Positions 31,185 to 40,210 of a stretch of 64,000 nt of DNA are shown piece by piece. The position numbers were made by a program, and so were the translations under genes. Where the stretch lies: the NCBI GenBank assembly GCA_963745035.1, contig CAVUVW010000013.1, forward strand, positions 256,001-320,000. The letters run 5' to 3'. Position 1 is the first letter of the stretch. Each line of letters begins with the position of its first letter. The notes beneath the pieces were generated by a model, which worked only from the letters and a program-made list of their open reading frames with translations, did not search any database and was not told the origin of the DNA. The DNA is from an uncultured delta proteobacterium (GTDB lineage: Bacteria > Desulfobacterota > Binatia > UBA9968).

Positions 31185-32398
31185 AATCGGTTTCCGGCGC
31201 CTTCTCCGTCGTCGGGCGACCAAGGCCAAGGCGACGGGCGAAGATCAAACGATCGGTGTCCAAAGTGCCGCCGCCGTGCAATTGGCCGGGGCCGGTGCGC
31301 ACGGCGTACTCGAAGTCGATCACTTCGTGAACCGATAAGTTCTGTTCGAGAGCATCCGCGCCCATGATCGCTTGCAGGCGTTCGCCGTTGCGCAGGCGCA
31401 GCATGCGCTGGTAGTAGCGCTGCTGCGGGCCGCCGTAGGGATGCGGTTTCTTGGCGAAGCGGCGCCAGTAGATGAGCTGGTTGAAGCGCCTGCAGCGTAT
31501 TCAACTCGATGGTCATCTCGGCGATCAGATCGCGCACGCGTGGATCTTCGATGATCGGTTTGCCGTCGATGTGCGTGCTGCGGCAGTACTCGACCACGCG
31601 CTCGATGAGCGGATCCACCGCGATGCGGCCGTCGCCGCCGTGCTCGAGCTCCATATGGGTGCTGGCGACTTTCCAGCCGTTGTTCTCGCCTCCGATCAAA
31701 TATTTCGCCGGCACGCGCACGTTGTCGAAGAACACCGCGTTCTTGATGCCCATCATCAAATTCATGTGCTGGATCGTAACGCCGGGAAGATTCGCCGGGA
31801 TATGCAGCCAGCCGAGATTTTCATGACGTTTGCCCTGCGGATTGGTGCAGACCAAGGTCCAGAGGTAATCCGGCGGCAGATGATGGCCGACCATGACCTT
31901 CTGGCCGTTGACGACATAGTGATCGCCGTCGCGAATCGCTTTGGTCTGGCAGTTGGCGATGTCGCTGCCGCCGTGGGGTTCGGTGAGCACCTGCCAGACG
32001 CAAATTTCGGCCTTTGTGATCGGCGGCAAAAATTCAGCTTTCTGCTCGTCGGTGCCCCAGCGGATCAGCACCGGCGCGACGATGCGCGCCAGAGTGTAGA
32101 ACACATGGGACAGGTTGAGCCCGTATTTGAAGAGCTCGGTGTCGAGCACCACCTGATGATCGACCGTTAGATCGGCGCCGCCGTATTTTTTCGGATACAG
32201 CGGAAACAGCCAGCCCTTGGCGCCCAATTTCTCCGCCAGCCCGCGGCGAAATTTATACTCGTCGGCGTCCTCGCGCGTCGACCACGACGCCGACCAGCGC
32301 AAGTGTTCGTGGCCTTCGAACTGCTCGGCCATCCAAGCGGCAACCTCTTTTCTAAATTCCACCACCTGGGGCGGATCGGCGGATACGTTGAAATCCAT
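31183..32398 (-). CDS. Acyl-CoA dehydrogenase (frameshift near 31490)
   Basis: TEPHGGSD, NGQK, VFFDNVRVP, IGGENNGW; C-terminus GGGTLD..R.I.ARRLGL in ORF 31183..31404. Confidence 0.85.
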
Positions 32399-32415
32399 AA
32401 TTTCTCTCCTTCCGG

Positions 32416-32497
32416 AGTTTCTAGTTTCTGGTCTCTAGTTTCTAGTTTTCAGGACAGGAGGAATCAACTAGAACCTTCAAACTAGGAACTAGAAACT
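32416..32497. repeat. Heptamer-array hairpin, unit AGTTTCT/AGAAACT
   Basis: AGTTTCT AGTTTCT GGTCTCT AGTTTCT AGTTTTC ... AGAACCT TCAAACT AGGAACT AGAAACT. Confidence 0.8.
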
Positions 32498-32500
32498 AAT

Positions 32501-33682
32501 CTAAATCACTCCACTCGCTCTCAACTCCTTCACTGCATCGCTGTCATAGCCCAATTTCCCCAGCACTTCCTCGGTATGTTCTCCCAACAGCGGCGCGGGG
32601 CAAAAAAACTTCGGCGGCGTGTCCGACATGTTGATCGGGCTCCCAACCAGGTTGCTCTCGCCCATCTTCGCATGGCTGATCTGTTTGGGAATACCTAGAT
32701 GCTTGATCTGAGGGTGGTCGAAAACTTCGGCGATGGTGTTGATCGGCGCATTGGGAATCTGATTGGCATCGAGACGAACCAGCCAATATTCGCGCGCCTT
32801 CGTGCGGAACTGCGCGCGCAAGATCTTCACGATCTCTTCATGACGATCGGTACGATGCTTGTTCGAAGCGAAGCGCGGGTCTCCGACTAAACTCTCCAGC
32901 TCGCCGGCTCTCAAGAAATCTTCCCAAGCCTGATTATGGGAGGAAAGATGAACCATGAAAGGTTTGCCGGCGCAGTCGAGCAGGCTGTAGATCCGGCCCT
33001 TGGGAAAATTTTCTCGCGACACCGCCTCGCCGCCGTTGAGATAATCGACAACGTGAGATTCGATGAAAGCGATCGCCACCTGCAGCAAGGACACGTCGAT
33101 GAACTGGCCGCTGCCGGTTTTCGCTCGCGCCAGAAGCGCAGCCATGATGCCGTTTGCGGCGAAAATTCCCGCCGTGTGATCGACGAAAGAAACCCCGGCG
33201 ACCTTGGGATCATCGAGATCGGTGACCAGGCTCATCATGCCGCTAAGCGCCTGGCCGATGGTATCGAAGCCCGGCTTGTCGCGGTATGGGCCGCTTTGGC
33301 CGTAGCCGGAAATCGAGCAATGGATCAATTTCGGATTGAGCTTCGCCAGATCGTCGTAATCGAGACCGAGCTTGGCTCGGGTGGGGGGACGGAAGTTTTC
33401 GAGGAAAACATCGGCCGTCGTCAGCAGCTTCAGCAAAATCTCGCCGCCTTTTTTTTGACGAAGATCGAGGGTGACGCTTTTCTTGTTGCGGTTAAGCGCG
33501 CGGAAGCTGGGTCCGTAGCCTTCGTATTTTGGGTTGCGCCCTCGGTGCGTGTCGCCGCCGTTGGGCAATTCCACTTTGATCACTTCGCAGCCAAGATCGC
33601 CCAGCAGGCTGCTCGCGTAAGGCCCGGCCACGTGGCCGCTAACGTCGATACAAAGGTAACCTTCAAGCGCTCCGGAAATCAT
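32501..33682 (-). CDS. Family III CoA transferase
   Basis: AGPY..LGDLG.EVIKVE, NRNKKS, ENFRP, SGYGQSGPY, catalytic D in FVDHTAG. Confidence 0.9.
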   Translation of the reverse strand: MISGALEGYLCIDVSGHVAGPYASSLLGDLGCEVIKVELPNGGDTHRGRNPKYEGYGPSFRALNRNKKSVTLDLRQKKGGEILLKLLTTADVFLENFRPPTRAKLGLDYDDLAKLNPKLIHCSISGYGQSGPYRDKPGFDTIGQALSGMMSLVTDLDDPKVAGVSFVDHTAGIFAANGIMAALLARAKTGSGQFIDVSLLQVAIAFIESHVVDYLNGGEAVSRENFPKGRIYSLLDCAGKPFMVHLSSHNQAWEDFLRAGELESLVGDPRFASNKHRTDRHEEIVKILRAQFRTKAREYWLVRLDANQIPNAPINTIAEVFDHPQIKHLGIPKQISHAKMGESNLVGSPINMSDTPPKFFCPAPLLGEHTEEVLGKLGYDSDAVKELRASGVI

Positions 33683-33799
33683 GCGCGGGTTGAATCCTCA
33701 GATTGATCATTCACTTATCGCAATCGAAATGGGTTTTCCAGCAGTGAAGGATGCCACGCCACACCGCGCGGGGCAGATGCCAACAATTGCGTGATCAGC

Positions 33800-34437
33800 G
33801 AGCGGCCCGACCGTATCGCCACTTCTTGCTTGGCCAAACGCCTGCCTGAATTCCATGCCCTTCTTTTCGCCCATCAGATGCAGCATATTGGCGAACCAGC
33901 AGTCTTCGTTTTTGTCCAGTACCATGCGCCGTCGCCAGCGTGGGTGAGCAGGTCTTCATAATTTTTGGGCAGCTCCTCGCGCTTGACCCTCGTCGTGTTG
34001 TACGCAGTTGCGATCAAGTTGTCGTAGAAATCGGTCCAGGAGCCGTCGGGGTCTTTGAAGCCGTCAGGATAAACCGCCGCCAACGGCGACTTGTAAGAGA
34101 TCAACAAACCTCGCTTCTGCACATGATGGGTTTCAAACTCGCCCACGCTCAGCACATCGGCGTTATAGCTGCCGGTCTTTCGTTCCACATTCAAACGACT
34201 GAAAATCCGCTCGTGCGAAGAGCGGAAAATGTCCGTTTTGATGTACGGATATTTTGTCTCGAACGCGGTGGTCAAGGCGGGCAAATTCGGTTTCCACCGA
34301 AGTGCAGAAAATTATCTTGCCTTCCTTTTTTGCGCCTTCGATGAGAGCGGTAATGCGCGGATCCGTTCGGCTGCGTGTGCGAACGCGTGCAAGACCGTCC
34401 AAACCAAGAGGGCTGCAATCGTGATTTGACGTTTCAT
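33800..34437 (-). pseudogene. Truncated, multiply frameshifted Fe-type ABC substrate-binding protein
   Basis: ATG 34437 overlaps upstream stop; pieces GAKKEGK, FETKYP, AYNT..VK..ELPK.YEDLL in different frames; family similarity lost after ~200 aa (left boundary approximate). Confidence 0.65.
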
Positions 34438-35063
34438 AATCCACCCCTTCGAGTCGCTAGCAGCGGGGCGCCTGCCGCCAGCGCTCGCCAGTCGTGATAG
34501 CGTTGAATGCCGACAGCATCAGCTTCGGATTGATTCCAAGGCCGGTCGATCAACGCGACATTTAGTCTCATATGATCGGCGAGATAGCGCGCCATCGGCA
34601 GGGAATCCTCCACTGCCCAGCAAAAGCGACGCTCTGCCAATTCGACCAAGGAAATCGCCCTCGTGTCGTTCGTTGCGAAGCGCGAGTATTTGTCCACCAC
34701 CGTGAAAGAACTGTGCGAGATTTGATATTTGGCTAACCAGGCAAGTGAAACCTCCACGCTGTCCGGTGGTCGTCCCGTGACGATCGCGATGTCAAAGCCC
34801 TGCTCTTCCCAGCCCTTGAGCGCCGCTATCGCTTCGTCCACCGGGATCATGCTGAGTAGTTCCTCGGGCTTGTGGACGAGGCGATACAGTTCATCGCGCT
34901 CCACGGCGGATAATCCACATGAGTGACCGACATCGAAATTTTTTAGTTGTTCGTACGCGATCCTTTTCCCGAACTCGCGCTCGACAATCACGAGAAAATG
35001 GCGCGCCGCCTGGCACAGCACGTCGTCGAGATCGACGTAGATGCTTTTGCACTCCGCCGTCAT
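34434..35063 (-). CDS. HAD-superfamily 5'(3')-deoxyribonucleotidase (NT5C-like)
   Basis: YVDLDDVL (DxD), IVTGRP, WL, DK, VEDS, DRPWN. Confidence 0.82.
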   Translation of the reverse strand: MTAECKSIYVDLDDVLCQAARHFLVIVEREFGKRIAYEQLKNFDVGHSCGLSAVERDELYRLVHKPEELLSMIPVDEAIAALKGWEEQGFDIAIVTGRPPDSVEVSLAWLAKYQISHSSFTVVDKYSRFATNDTRAISLVELAERRFCWAVEDSLPMARYLADHMRLNVALIDRPWNQSEADAVGIQRYHDWRALAAGAPLLATRRGGL

Positions 35064-35076
35064 TCGCCTTGCGCCA

Positions 35077-35835
35077 TCAATCCAGGATAGCCTTCAAGCG
35101 CTGGGTCAATTCTTTTTGCAGTTTATGCGTCTGACCCGGCTGATACACTGTCGTCTTCCATTGCGCGACGTCGAAGGGAAGTTTTTCTGTGGAAGTCGAG
35201 CAGATATGCACGCAAGGTTTTTTAAGGGCATGCGCGTAGCCGGCCTCGTAGAGAACATTCGGCTTGGACTCCGACAGGTCGACGATCACGGCGACCGATT
35301 TGCGGATCATGCGGTGAATCTCCTCGACCACGTTGCCCTGAAACTCACGCCGGTCCACCCGATCGCACACCGCCCCAACCTGCTCGGCGGCATAGCTCAT
35401 CGCGACGAAGAAAACGTCTTCGTATTGCGGCGCGAACGGCATGGCGGCGAAGATCAACCTTTCAACCTTCGTGGTTTCCGCCGGGTGCGTGCGCGTTTTC
35501 GCGGTTTCGATCTCGGCCTGTATCGCAGGCACGAGCCCGTCGACGCTCACGACGCCTTTCGCCGGCAGGTTCCGCTTGAGCCCGGGGATGACGACGAACG
35601 CGCCATCCACCTTGGCCGCTTCTTGATAGAATTGGGCCTGGCGGCTCGCCTCGGTCGTCAGGCCGGGAAAATCCCATCGCCGCGTTTCGACGATGAACTG
35701 GCGACCGTCCGGCGCATAGACGATGAAATCCGGCGCCAATCCGCCGATGGCCTTTTCCGTTACGAACTTAAGGCCGGCTTCACGCAGCCGCTCCGCGACG
35801 ATGTCTTCGATTTCCTTTTCAGGTTGGTCAGCCAT
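35077..35835 (-). CDS. Fusion of PD-(D/E)xK restriction-endonuclease-like domain and nucleoside 2-deoxyribosyltransferase-like domain
   Basis: N-term E..PDFIV..IVETR..QAQFY; C-term FAAMPF..RVD..I..S..VIVDLS...PNVLYEAGYAHAL.KP..LPFD. Confidence 0.72.
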   Translation of the reverse strand: MADQPEKEIEDIVAERLREAGLKFVTEKAIGGLAPDFIVYAPDGRQFIVETRRWDFPGLTTEASRQAQFYQEAAKVDGAFVVIPGLKRNLPAKGVVSVDGLVPAIQAEIETAKTRTHPAETTKVERLIFAAMPFAPQYEDVFFVAMSYAAEQVGAVCDRVDRREFQGNVVEEIHRMIRKSVAVIVDLSESKPNVLYEAGYAHALKKPCVHICSTSTEKLPFDVAQWKTTVYQPGQTHKLQKELTQRLKAILD

Positions 35836-35856
35836 GAAAGTTCGAGTTTAGCACGA

Positions 35857-36339
35857 TTAAGGCCGCCGGATGATAAGACTGATCCGACCGGTGGTGCCGT
35901 CGATTTCCAAATGCGCCGACTGCAGAAATCTTCTTCCCAGTATCCCGATCACCTGTGCATCGTTCTCACGGCTCTTTTCCGCCAGCGCGGGCACCGCAAC
36001 GCATTCCATCACTTGTTCAAATAGGCAGGACTTGCCGTCGACATCCTTTGCCGGCAATACCAACTTCGCCATGTATTGGCGGAGCGAGCCATAGCCATGA
36101 ATGCCATGAATTTCCCGCATACCGCGGTCCGCGAGATGCAGCTCCGTGGCAACATCGAGATCGATCATCGCTCCGTAGGCCCCGGTATCGAGCAAAAACT
36201 CCCCGGGCATTCGCCGGCCCAGCTCATCGTCATGCCGGCTCCATGAACCGGGAATCAGCGGCCCGACACTCTCCAGCCGAGCCGAACTCGATTCAACAGT
36301 GATATGCCATTGTCGATTGCCCATCTGCGGATCTGCCAT
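35857..36339 (-). CDS. Retropepsin-like (clan AA) aspartic protease
   Basis: LLDTGA catalytic motif, ILGRRFL C-terminal motif, single domain of 160 aa. Confidence 0.75.
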   Translation of the reverse strand: MADPQMGNRQWHITVESSSARLESVGPLIPGSWSRHDDELGRRMPGEFLLDTGAYGAMIDLDVATELHLADRGMREIHGIHGYGSLRQYMAKLVLPAKDVDGKSCLFEQVMECVAVPALAEKSRENDAQVIGILGRRFLQSAHLEIDGTTGRISLIIRRP

Positions 36340-36381
36340 TGGAGCATCAAATAGAAATGAACGGGTGCGTCCGAAGCCACT

Positions 36382-36963
36382 TTACAATTTCGAGATAAAC
36401 TCGCTCCCACGGACCAAAAACCGATAAGGCTTACTTTTCCATTTTCCCGCGTAGTCGACACCGATACGCGGCGTAGCTTGAAACTTTGGAATCGGCTCGC
36501 CGCGATCTTCAACGTAAAGGACATTGCCGCGCAGATCGGCGCCGTTGAGCGACCGATCGACCGCGAAAGCCTGGCAGAGTTTTCCCGGTCCGCTGGCGAG
36601 ATTGCGCAAAGCGCCGTTTTGCCGCCGCTCTTTCATCAATTCGATTCCGTCCACCGGCTCGACCGCGCGAATCAGAACAGCCGCAGGATAATCCTTTGCC
36701 TCCGTCACTAGATTGAGCATGTTGTAAAAACCATAAATAAAATACACATAGGCATGACCCGCCGGCCCGAACATCACTTCTGTGCGCGCCGTGCGGCCTT
36801 TGGATGCGTGGCACGCGAGATCCTGCGGTCCGACGTAAGCCTCGGTTTCGACAATGCGCCCCACCGCGCCGCCTTCGGGATGTTTTCGTACCAGATACTT
36901 TCCCAAAAGCTGCTTAGCGACGTCGATCGTATTTTGTTCGTAAAAGGAGCGCGGAAGTTTCAC
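36382..36963 (-). CDS. mpg: DNA-3-methyladenine glycosylase (MPG/AAG family)
   Basis: IVETEAY, AYVYFIYG, AVLIRAVEP, SGPGKLCQA, PRIGV; GTG start 36963. Confidence 0.92.
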   Translation of the reverse strand: MKLPRSFYEQNTIDVAKQLLGKYLVRKHPEGGAVGRIVETEAYVGPQDLACHASKGRTARTEVMFGPAGHAYVYFIYGFYNMLNLVTEAKDYPAAVLIRAVEPVDGIELMKERRQNGALRNLASGPGKLCQAFAVDRSLNGADLRGNVLYVEDRGEPIPKFQATPRIGVDYAGKWKSKPYRFLVRGSEFISKL

Positions 36964-37001
36964 GGGAGCGGCGAGAAAATTGGAGGCGTTTCTTTCCGGA
37001 A

Positions 37002-37029
37002 TCTGACCTCTGACCACCGACTTCTGACA
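37002..37029. repeat. One-armed heptamer array, unit TCTGACC
   Basis: TCTGACC TCTGACC ACCGACT TCTGACA. Confidence 0.6.
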
Positions 37030-37035
37030 TCTAGC

Positions 37036-37422
37036 TCATTCCGCCTGCGGTAATCCGTCCTTGATCTCCACCCACGGAGCTCTCGAACTTACATGCGTAT
37101 GTTTGGAAATCTTCACGCCAGGATCGCTGTCCAAAGTCCCGGGCCGAAAACGGAGGCGTTCCGGATCTTTATCTTTCTTTTTTACAATCGGCGACCCGCA
37201 TCTCCCACAGAAAACGCGGTGATTGCCGGGCGAAGATTCCCACTCCTTGAGTAGCTCTTCTCCGGCGACAAACCGGAACGAAGCCGCGGGAATCGTCGCC
37301 CCGCTCGAAAACGCCGATCCCGACATTTTCCGGCACAGGCTGCAGTGGCAATTGGTCACCGCGCCCAACTCGCCGTCGATCTCATATTTTACGCCACCGC
37401 ATAAGCATGATCCTTTTAACAT
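37036..37422 (-). CDS. GFA/CENP-V family Zn protein
   Basis: GSCLCG, CHCSLCRK, FCGRCGS. Confidence 0.92.
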   Translation of the reverse strand: MLKGSCLCGGVKYEIDGELGAVTNCHCSLCRKMSGSAFSSGATIPAASFRFVAGEELLKEWESSPGNHRVFCGRCGSPIVKKKDKDPERLRFRPGTLDSDPGVKISKHTHVSSRAPWVEIKDGLPQAE

Positions 37423-37456
37423 CGAGCCTCCATTTTGACCCGTATAGAAACCTTTC

Positions 37457-38413
37457 TTACTTGATCTCCTTCACCAGACTCCAATCCACCAGTTGGCTCA
37501 GCGGAATATCCTTGGTGATCTTGAGGCGCTCTTTGGTCAACTGCACGTCGAGCTGCACGCCTTTGTCGGAGATCATGCCGTCGTTGGTGAAAGAGTTGAT
37601 CGACGCGTCATAAGCTCGGGCCGATTGCGCCGGTGTGATGCGCAGGTAATCCGACAGCATCTGGATCGTTTCGGCGCGATTTTGTTTCATGAAACGCGAC
37701 CCGCGCACACCGGCGCGGACCACCCGTCTCACTTGATCGCGCTGCTTCTGGAGCTTGGTTTCCATGACGGCGATGCCCGAGAGCGGCAGCTCGATGAGAT
37801 CGCCTAAATAAACCAACCGGCGAAAGCCCTCGTCTTCAGCTTTGACCGCAAAGGCGACGTCGATCGGAGTGGCATCGATGGCGCCCGAGTGCAGCGCCAA
37901 GAGCCGCGTCGGACTCTCGCCGGTCACGATGATGGTTACATCTTTCTCCGGTTCCAGGCCGAAATGGCGCACGGCCACCCGGGACAGATAATCCACCGTG
38001 CCCGCCACCGAGTCCACGCCGATGACTTTTCCCTTGAGGTCCTTGGGCGTCTTGATTTCGGGCCGGGCAATCAGCACGTGAAGCGGTCGCCCGGCAAACC
38101 CAACTACCGCTTTCATCGGCACTCCCGTCACCGCGGCGCGCAAGGCCGATCCCCAGGCGAGCAGATAATCGACGTCGCCCGACATGAGCGCTTTCACGCC
38201 GAGCGCGGGCTGCATCTGCACCTTGTCGACGTCGAGACCTTCCTCTTTAAAAAATTGCTTCCGCATGGCGACGACGACCGGAAACTCGAAAAGCCCGCGG
38301 CTCGGCGTCGCGATGGTGATCCGTTCAGCACAAACCCACGATGGTGAACCCAGGAGCGCGACTAGCCCGGACAGGAGAATCGAACAGATGGCGCGACAGC
38401 AAAGCGCTTTCAT
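37457..38413 (-). CDS. ABC substrate-binding protein, NMT1/SsuA-like
   Basis: FFKEEGLDV, DLKGKVIGV, signal peptide. Confidence 0.85.
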   Translation of the reverse strand: MKALCCRAICSILLSGLVALLGSPSWVCAERITIATPSRGLFEFPVVVAMRKQFFKEEGLDVDKVQMQPALGVKALMSGDVDYLLAWGSALRAAVTGVPMKAVVGFAGRPLHVLIARPEIKTPKDLKGKVIGVDSVAGTVDYLSRVAVRHFGLEPEKDVTIIVTGESPTRLLALHSGAIDATPIDVAFAVKAEDEGFRRLVYLGDLIELPLSGIAVMETKLQKQRDQVRRVVRAGVRGSRFMKQNRAETIQMLSDYLRITPAQSARAYDASINSFTNDGMISDKGVQLDVQLTKERLKITKDIPLSQLVDWSLVKEIK

Positions 38414-38425
38414 CGTCTGGTCCCT

Positions 38426-39250
38426 CTATTCCAGCCTGACGTTTTTGCTGAAATCATAGCTCTTGGAATAAGTGCTTTCATAGGTGCAACCGATCCGCTC
38501 TTCGTCCCAGCCGCCGGCAAAGCATTTTTTCAGAAACGACATCATCAAAGCCCACGCGTCCTTCGCCGCTTCCTTGCGATAGCGTCCCGGCATGGTGTCG
38601 TTGAGCCAACCGTGTGGCGCCCCGGCATAGATACGAATGTGGCAATTCTTCTTGGCTTTTTCCAAGGCGTTGCGGAAACGCGCGACGTCATCGATAGAGA
38701 TAATATGATCCGCTTCGCCAAAGACGCCGAGCACCGGGCAATTCACTTGCGCGATCAGCTCTTCGATCGGCGTCGGACGGAGCTCGTTGCCGAGCCATTC
38801 TTTGCCGCCGATGGCGCCGTACAGCACCACCGCTCCGGCGATATCATTGCGCTTCGCCGCCAGCAGCACCGGCTGACGCCCGGTCTGGCAAACACCGATG
38901 ATGCCGATGCGGCTGCCGTCCACTTCTTTGCTCTTCTTCAAATACTCCACGGCCGCGTTGAGATCCTCCAGCGCGCCGTCGTCGGTCAGATCGACTCTTT
39001 GCTCGCCGCGCAGCACGGCAGCCCGATCGCCGGTGAAACGATGAAACAGATCGGGCGCTAAACCGACAAATCCCGCTTGGGCCAATTTGACGGTGAGATC
39101 CTTGGTATGTTGGTCGATACCGTAGCGCTCGTGCAGGATGATTACGGCAGGCCGCTTGCCTTTGGCTTTGGGCAAAGCGCGGACGGCGCTGATGCCGTCG
39201 CCGAATTTGATCATCTTCGCTGCTATGCCACTCGACTTCTTTGCCGCCAT
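38426..39250 (-). CDS. Dienelactone hydrolase family
   Basis: LHERYG, APDLF, GVCQTG, GEAD, APHGW. Confidence 0.87.
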   Translation of the reverse strand: MAAKKSSGIAAKMIKFGDGISAVRALPKAKGKRPAVIILHERYGIDQHTKDLTVKLAQAGFVGLAPDLFHRFTGDRAAVLRGEQRVDLTDDGALEDLNAAVEYLKKSKEVDGSRIGIIGVCQTGRQPVLLAAKRNDIAGAVVLYGAIGGKEWLGNELRPTPIEELIAQVNCPVLGVFGEADHIISIDDVARFRNALEKAKKNCHIRIYAGAPHGWLNDTMPGRYRKEAAKDAWALMMSFLKKCFAGGWDEERIGCTYESTYSKSYDFSKNVRLE

Positions 39251-39334
39251 CACGCCTCCCTGTGAAACTCGATCGCAAAATTGCGCCAAGCTTATCCTCG
39301 CCTCAATAAACGAGTCAAGGCGAAGCGGTTGAAC

Positions 39335-39363
39335 TTGTCTCGAAGCTATTCGAGACGTATAGT
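39335..39363 (+). promoter_or_regulatory. Sigma70 promoter with operator palindrome over the spacer; leaderless
   Basis: TTGTCT-17 bp-TATAGT; GTCTCGAA-gcta-TTCGAGAC at 39337-39356; ATG 7 nt downstream. Confidence 0.6.
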
Positions 39364-39370
39364 CCGCACC

Positions 39371-39688
39371 ATGAACCTAAAAGACGGATCGAGCGTGGTG
39401 GCGGATCTAACCACCATCGGGAGGAAAACCGGAGCGCCTCGGGCGGTCGAGCTGCGCTTCCTCTATTTAAACGGAAACTTTTACGCCACGTCGAGCAAGG
39501 TCGAGGGCAAGCACTGGTGCCAGAACATGATCAAGAATCCCGCCGTCGAGATCAAAGCGAGAGACGAGAAATTTTCGTGCACGGCCAAGCAGGTAACCGA
39601 CGAAGCGCTGCGCCGGCAGATTCTGAGCCTGCGCGACTCGCCGCCGCAGCTTGACCGAGTCGTGTTCGAAATCAAACCGCGAAACTGA
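39371..39688 (+). CDS. Deazaflavin (F420)-dependent nitroreductase/quinone reductase-like (DDN family)
   Basis: LTTIGRKTG.PR, HWCQNMIKNPAVEI. Confidence 0.72.
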   Translation: MNLKDGSSVVADLTTIGRKTGAPRAVELRFLYLNGNFYATSSKVEGKHWCQNMIKNPAVEIKARDEKFSCTAKQVTDEALRRQILSLRDSPPQLDRVVFEIKPRN

Positions 39689-39875
39689 AGCCGCGAACGG
39701 GAGTCTCCCGATCGCTTTGCGCCTCTGACAATATGAGCACGGCCGCGACAATCAGGGCCGCGACGATGCCGTCCCTCACGTCACCACTTACGTCCCTCTC
39801 AGCGGGTGAAAAAGAACGCTTGGTAGTTTGGATGAGCCGACCTGCAAGTCCGCCGGGAACAAGAGCCGGAAATCC

Positions 39876-40091
39876 CTACTTCTTGGTCTCTTCCTTGGCT
39901 TCGGCCGCCTTCTTTTCCACGGTCTCAACGCCCTTGACCATGCCTTCCATCATGCTTCTTTCTTTTTGCATGCCTTCTTGCATCGCCTTTTGCGCTTCCG
40001 CCGCTCTCTCGGCCGAATCCTTTTTGTCGCCGCAGGCGCAAATAGCCACAGCTATGGCGATCGCCAACGACAACTGTGCAAACGTTTTCAT
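39876..40091 (-). CDS. Small lipoprotein of unknown function
   Basis: Hydrophobic signal with lipobox-like ICA-C-G, charged helical tail. Confidence 0.7.
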   Translation of the reverse strand: MKTFAQLSLAIAIAVAICACGDKKDSAERAAEAQKAMQEGMQKERSMMEGMVKGVETVEKKAAEAKEETKK

Positions 40092-40210
40092 CCTTCACCC
40101 CCTGTTGTTCTATTCTAGTTAACAGAAATGTACCCGACCTGCCAATCGCGCCGACTCCGAACGATTCTCGTTTTTCCTTTCCGTCCTCGTTTGCTATCCT
40201 GAAGGCAATC

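Noticed and set aside
29855-32497. Repeats considered as a CRISPR array
   Set aside because: Units are 7 bp, tandem, without spacers, and no cas genes are present
34434-36339. Retron or CBASS assignment for the NDT-containing module
   Set aside because: No reverse transcriptase, msr-msd or CD-NTase nearby
39672-39779. Possible 35-aa hydrophobic ORF on the minus strand (VRDGIVAALIVAAVLIL...)
   Set aside because: Weak start context, overlaps the end of the DDN gene, no recognisable family
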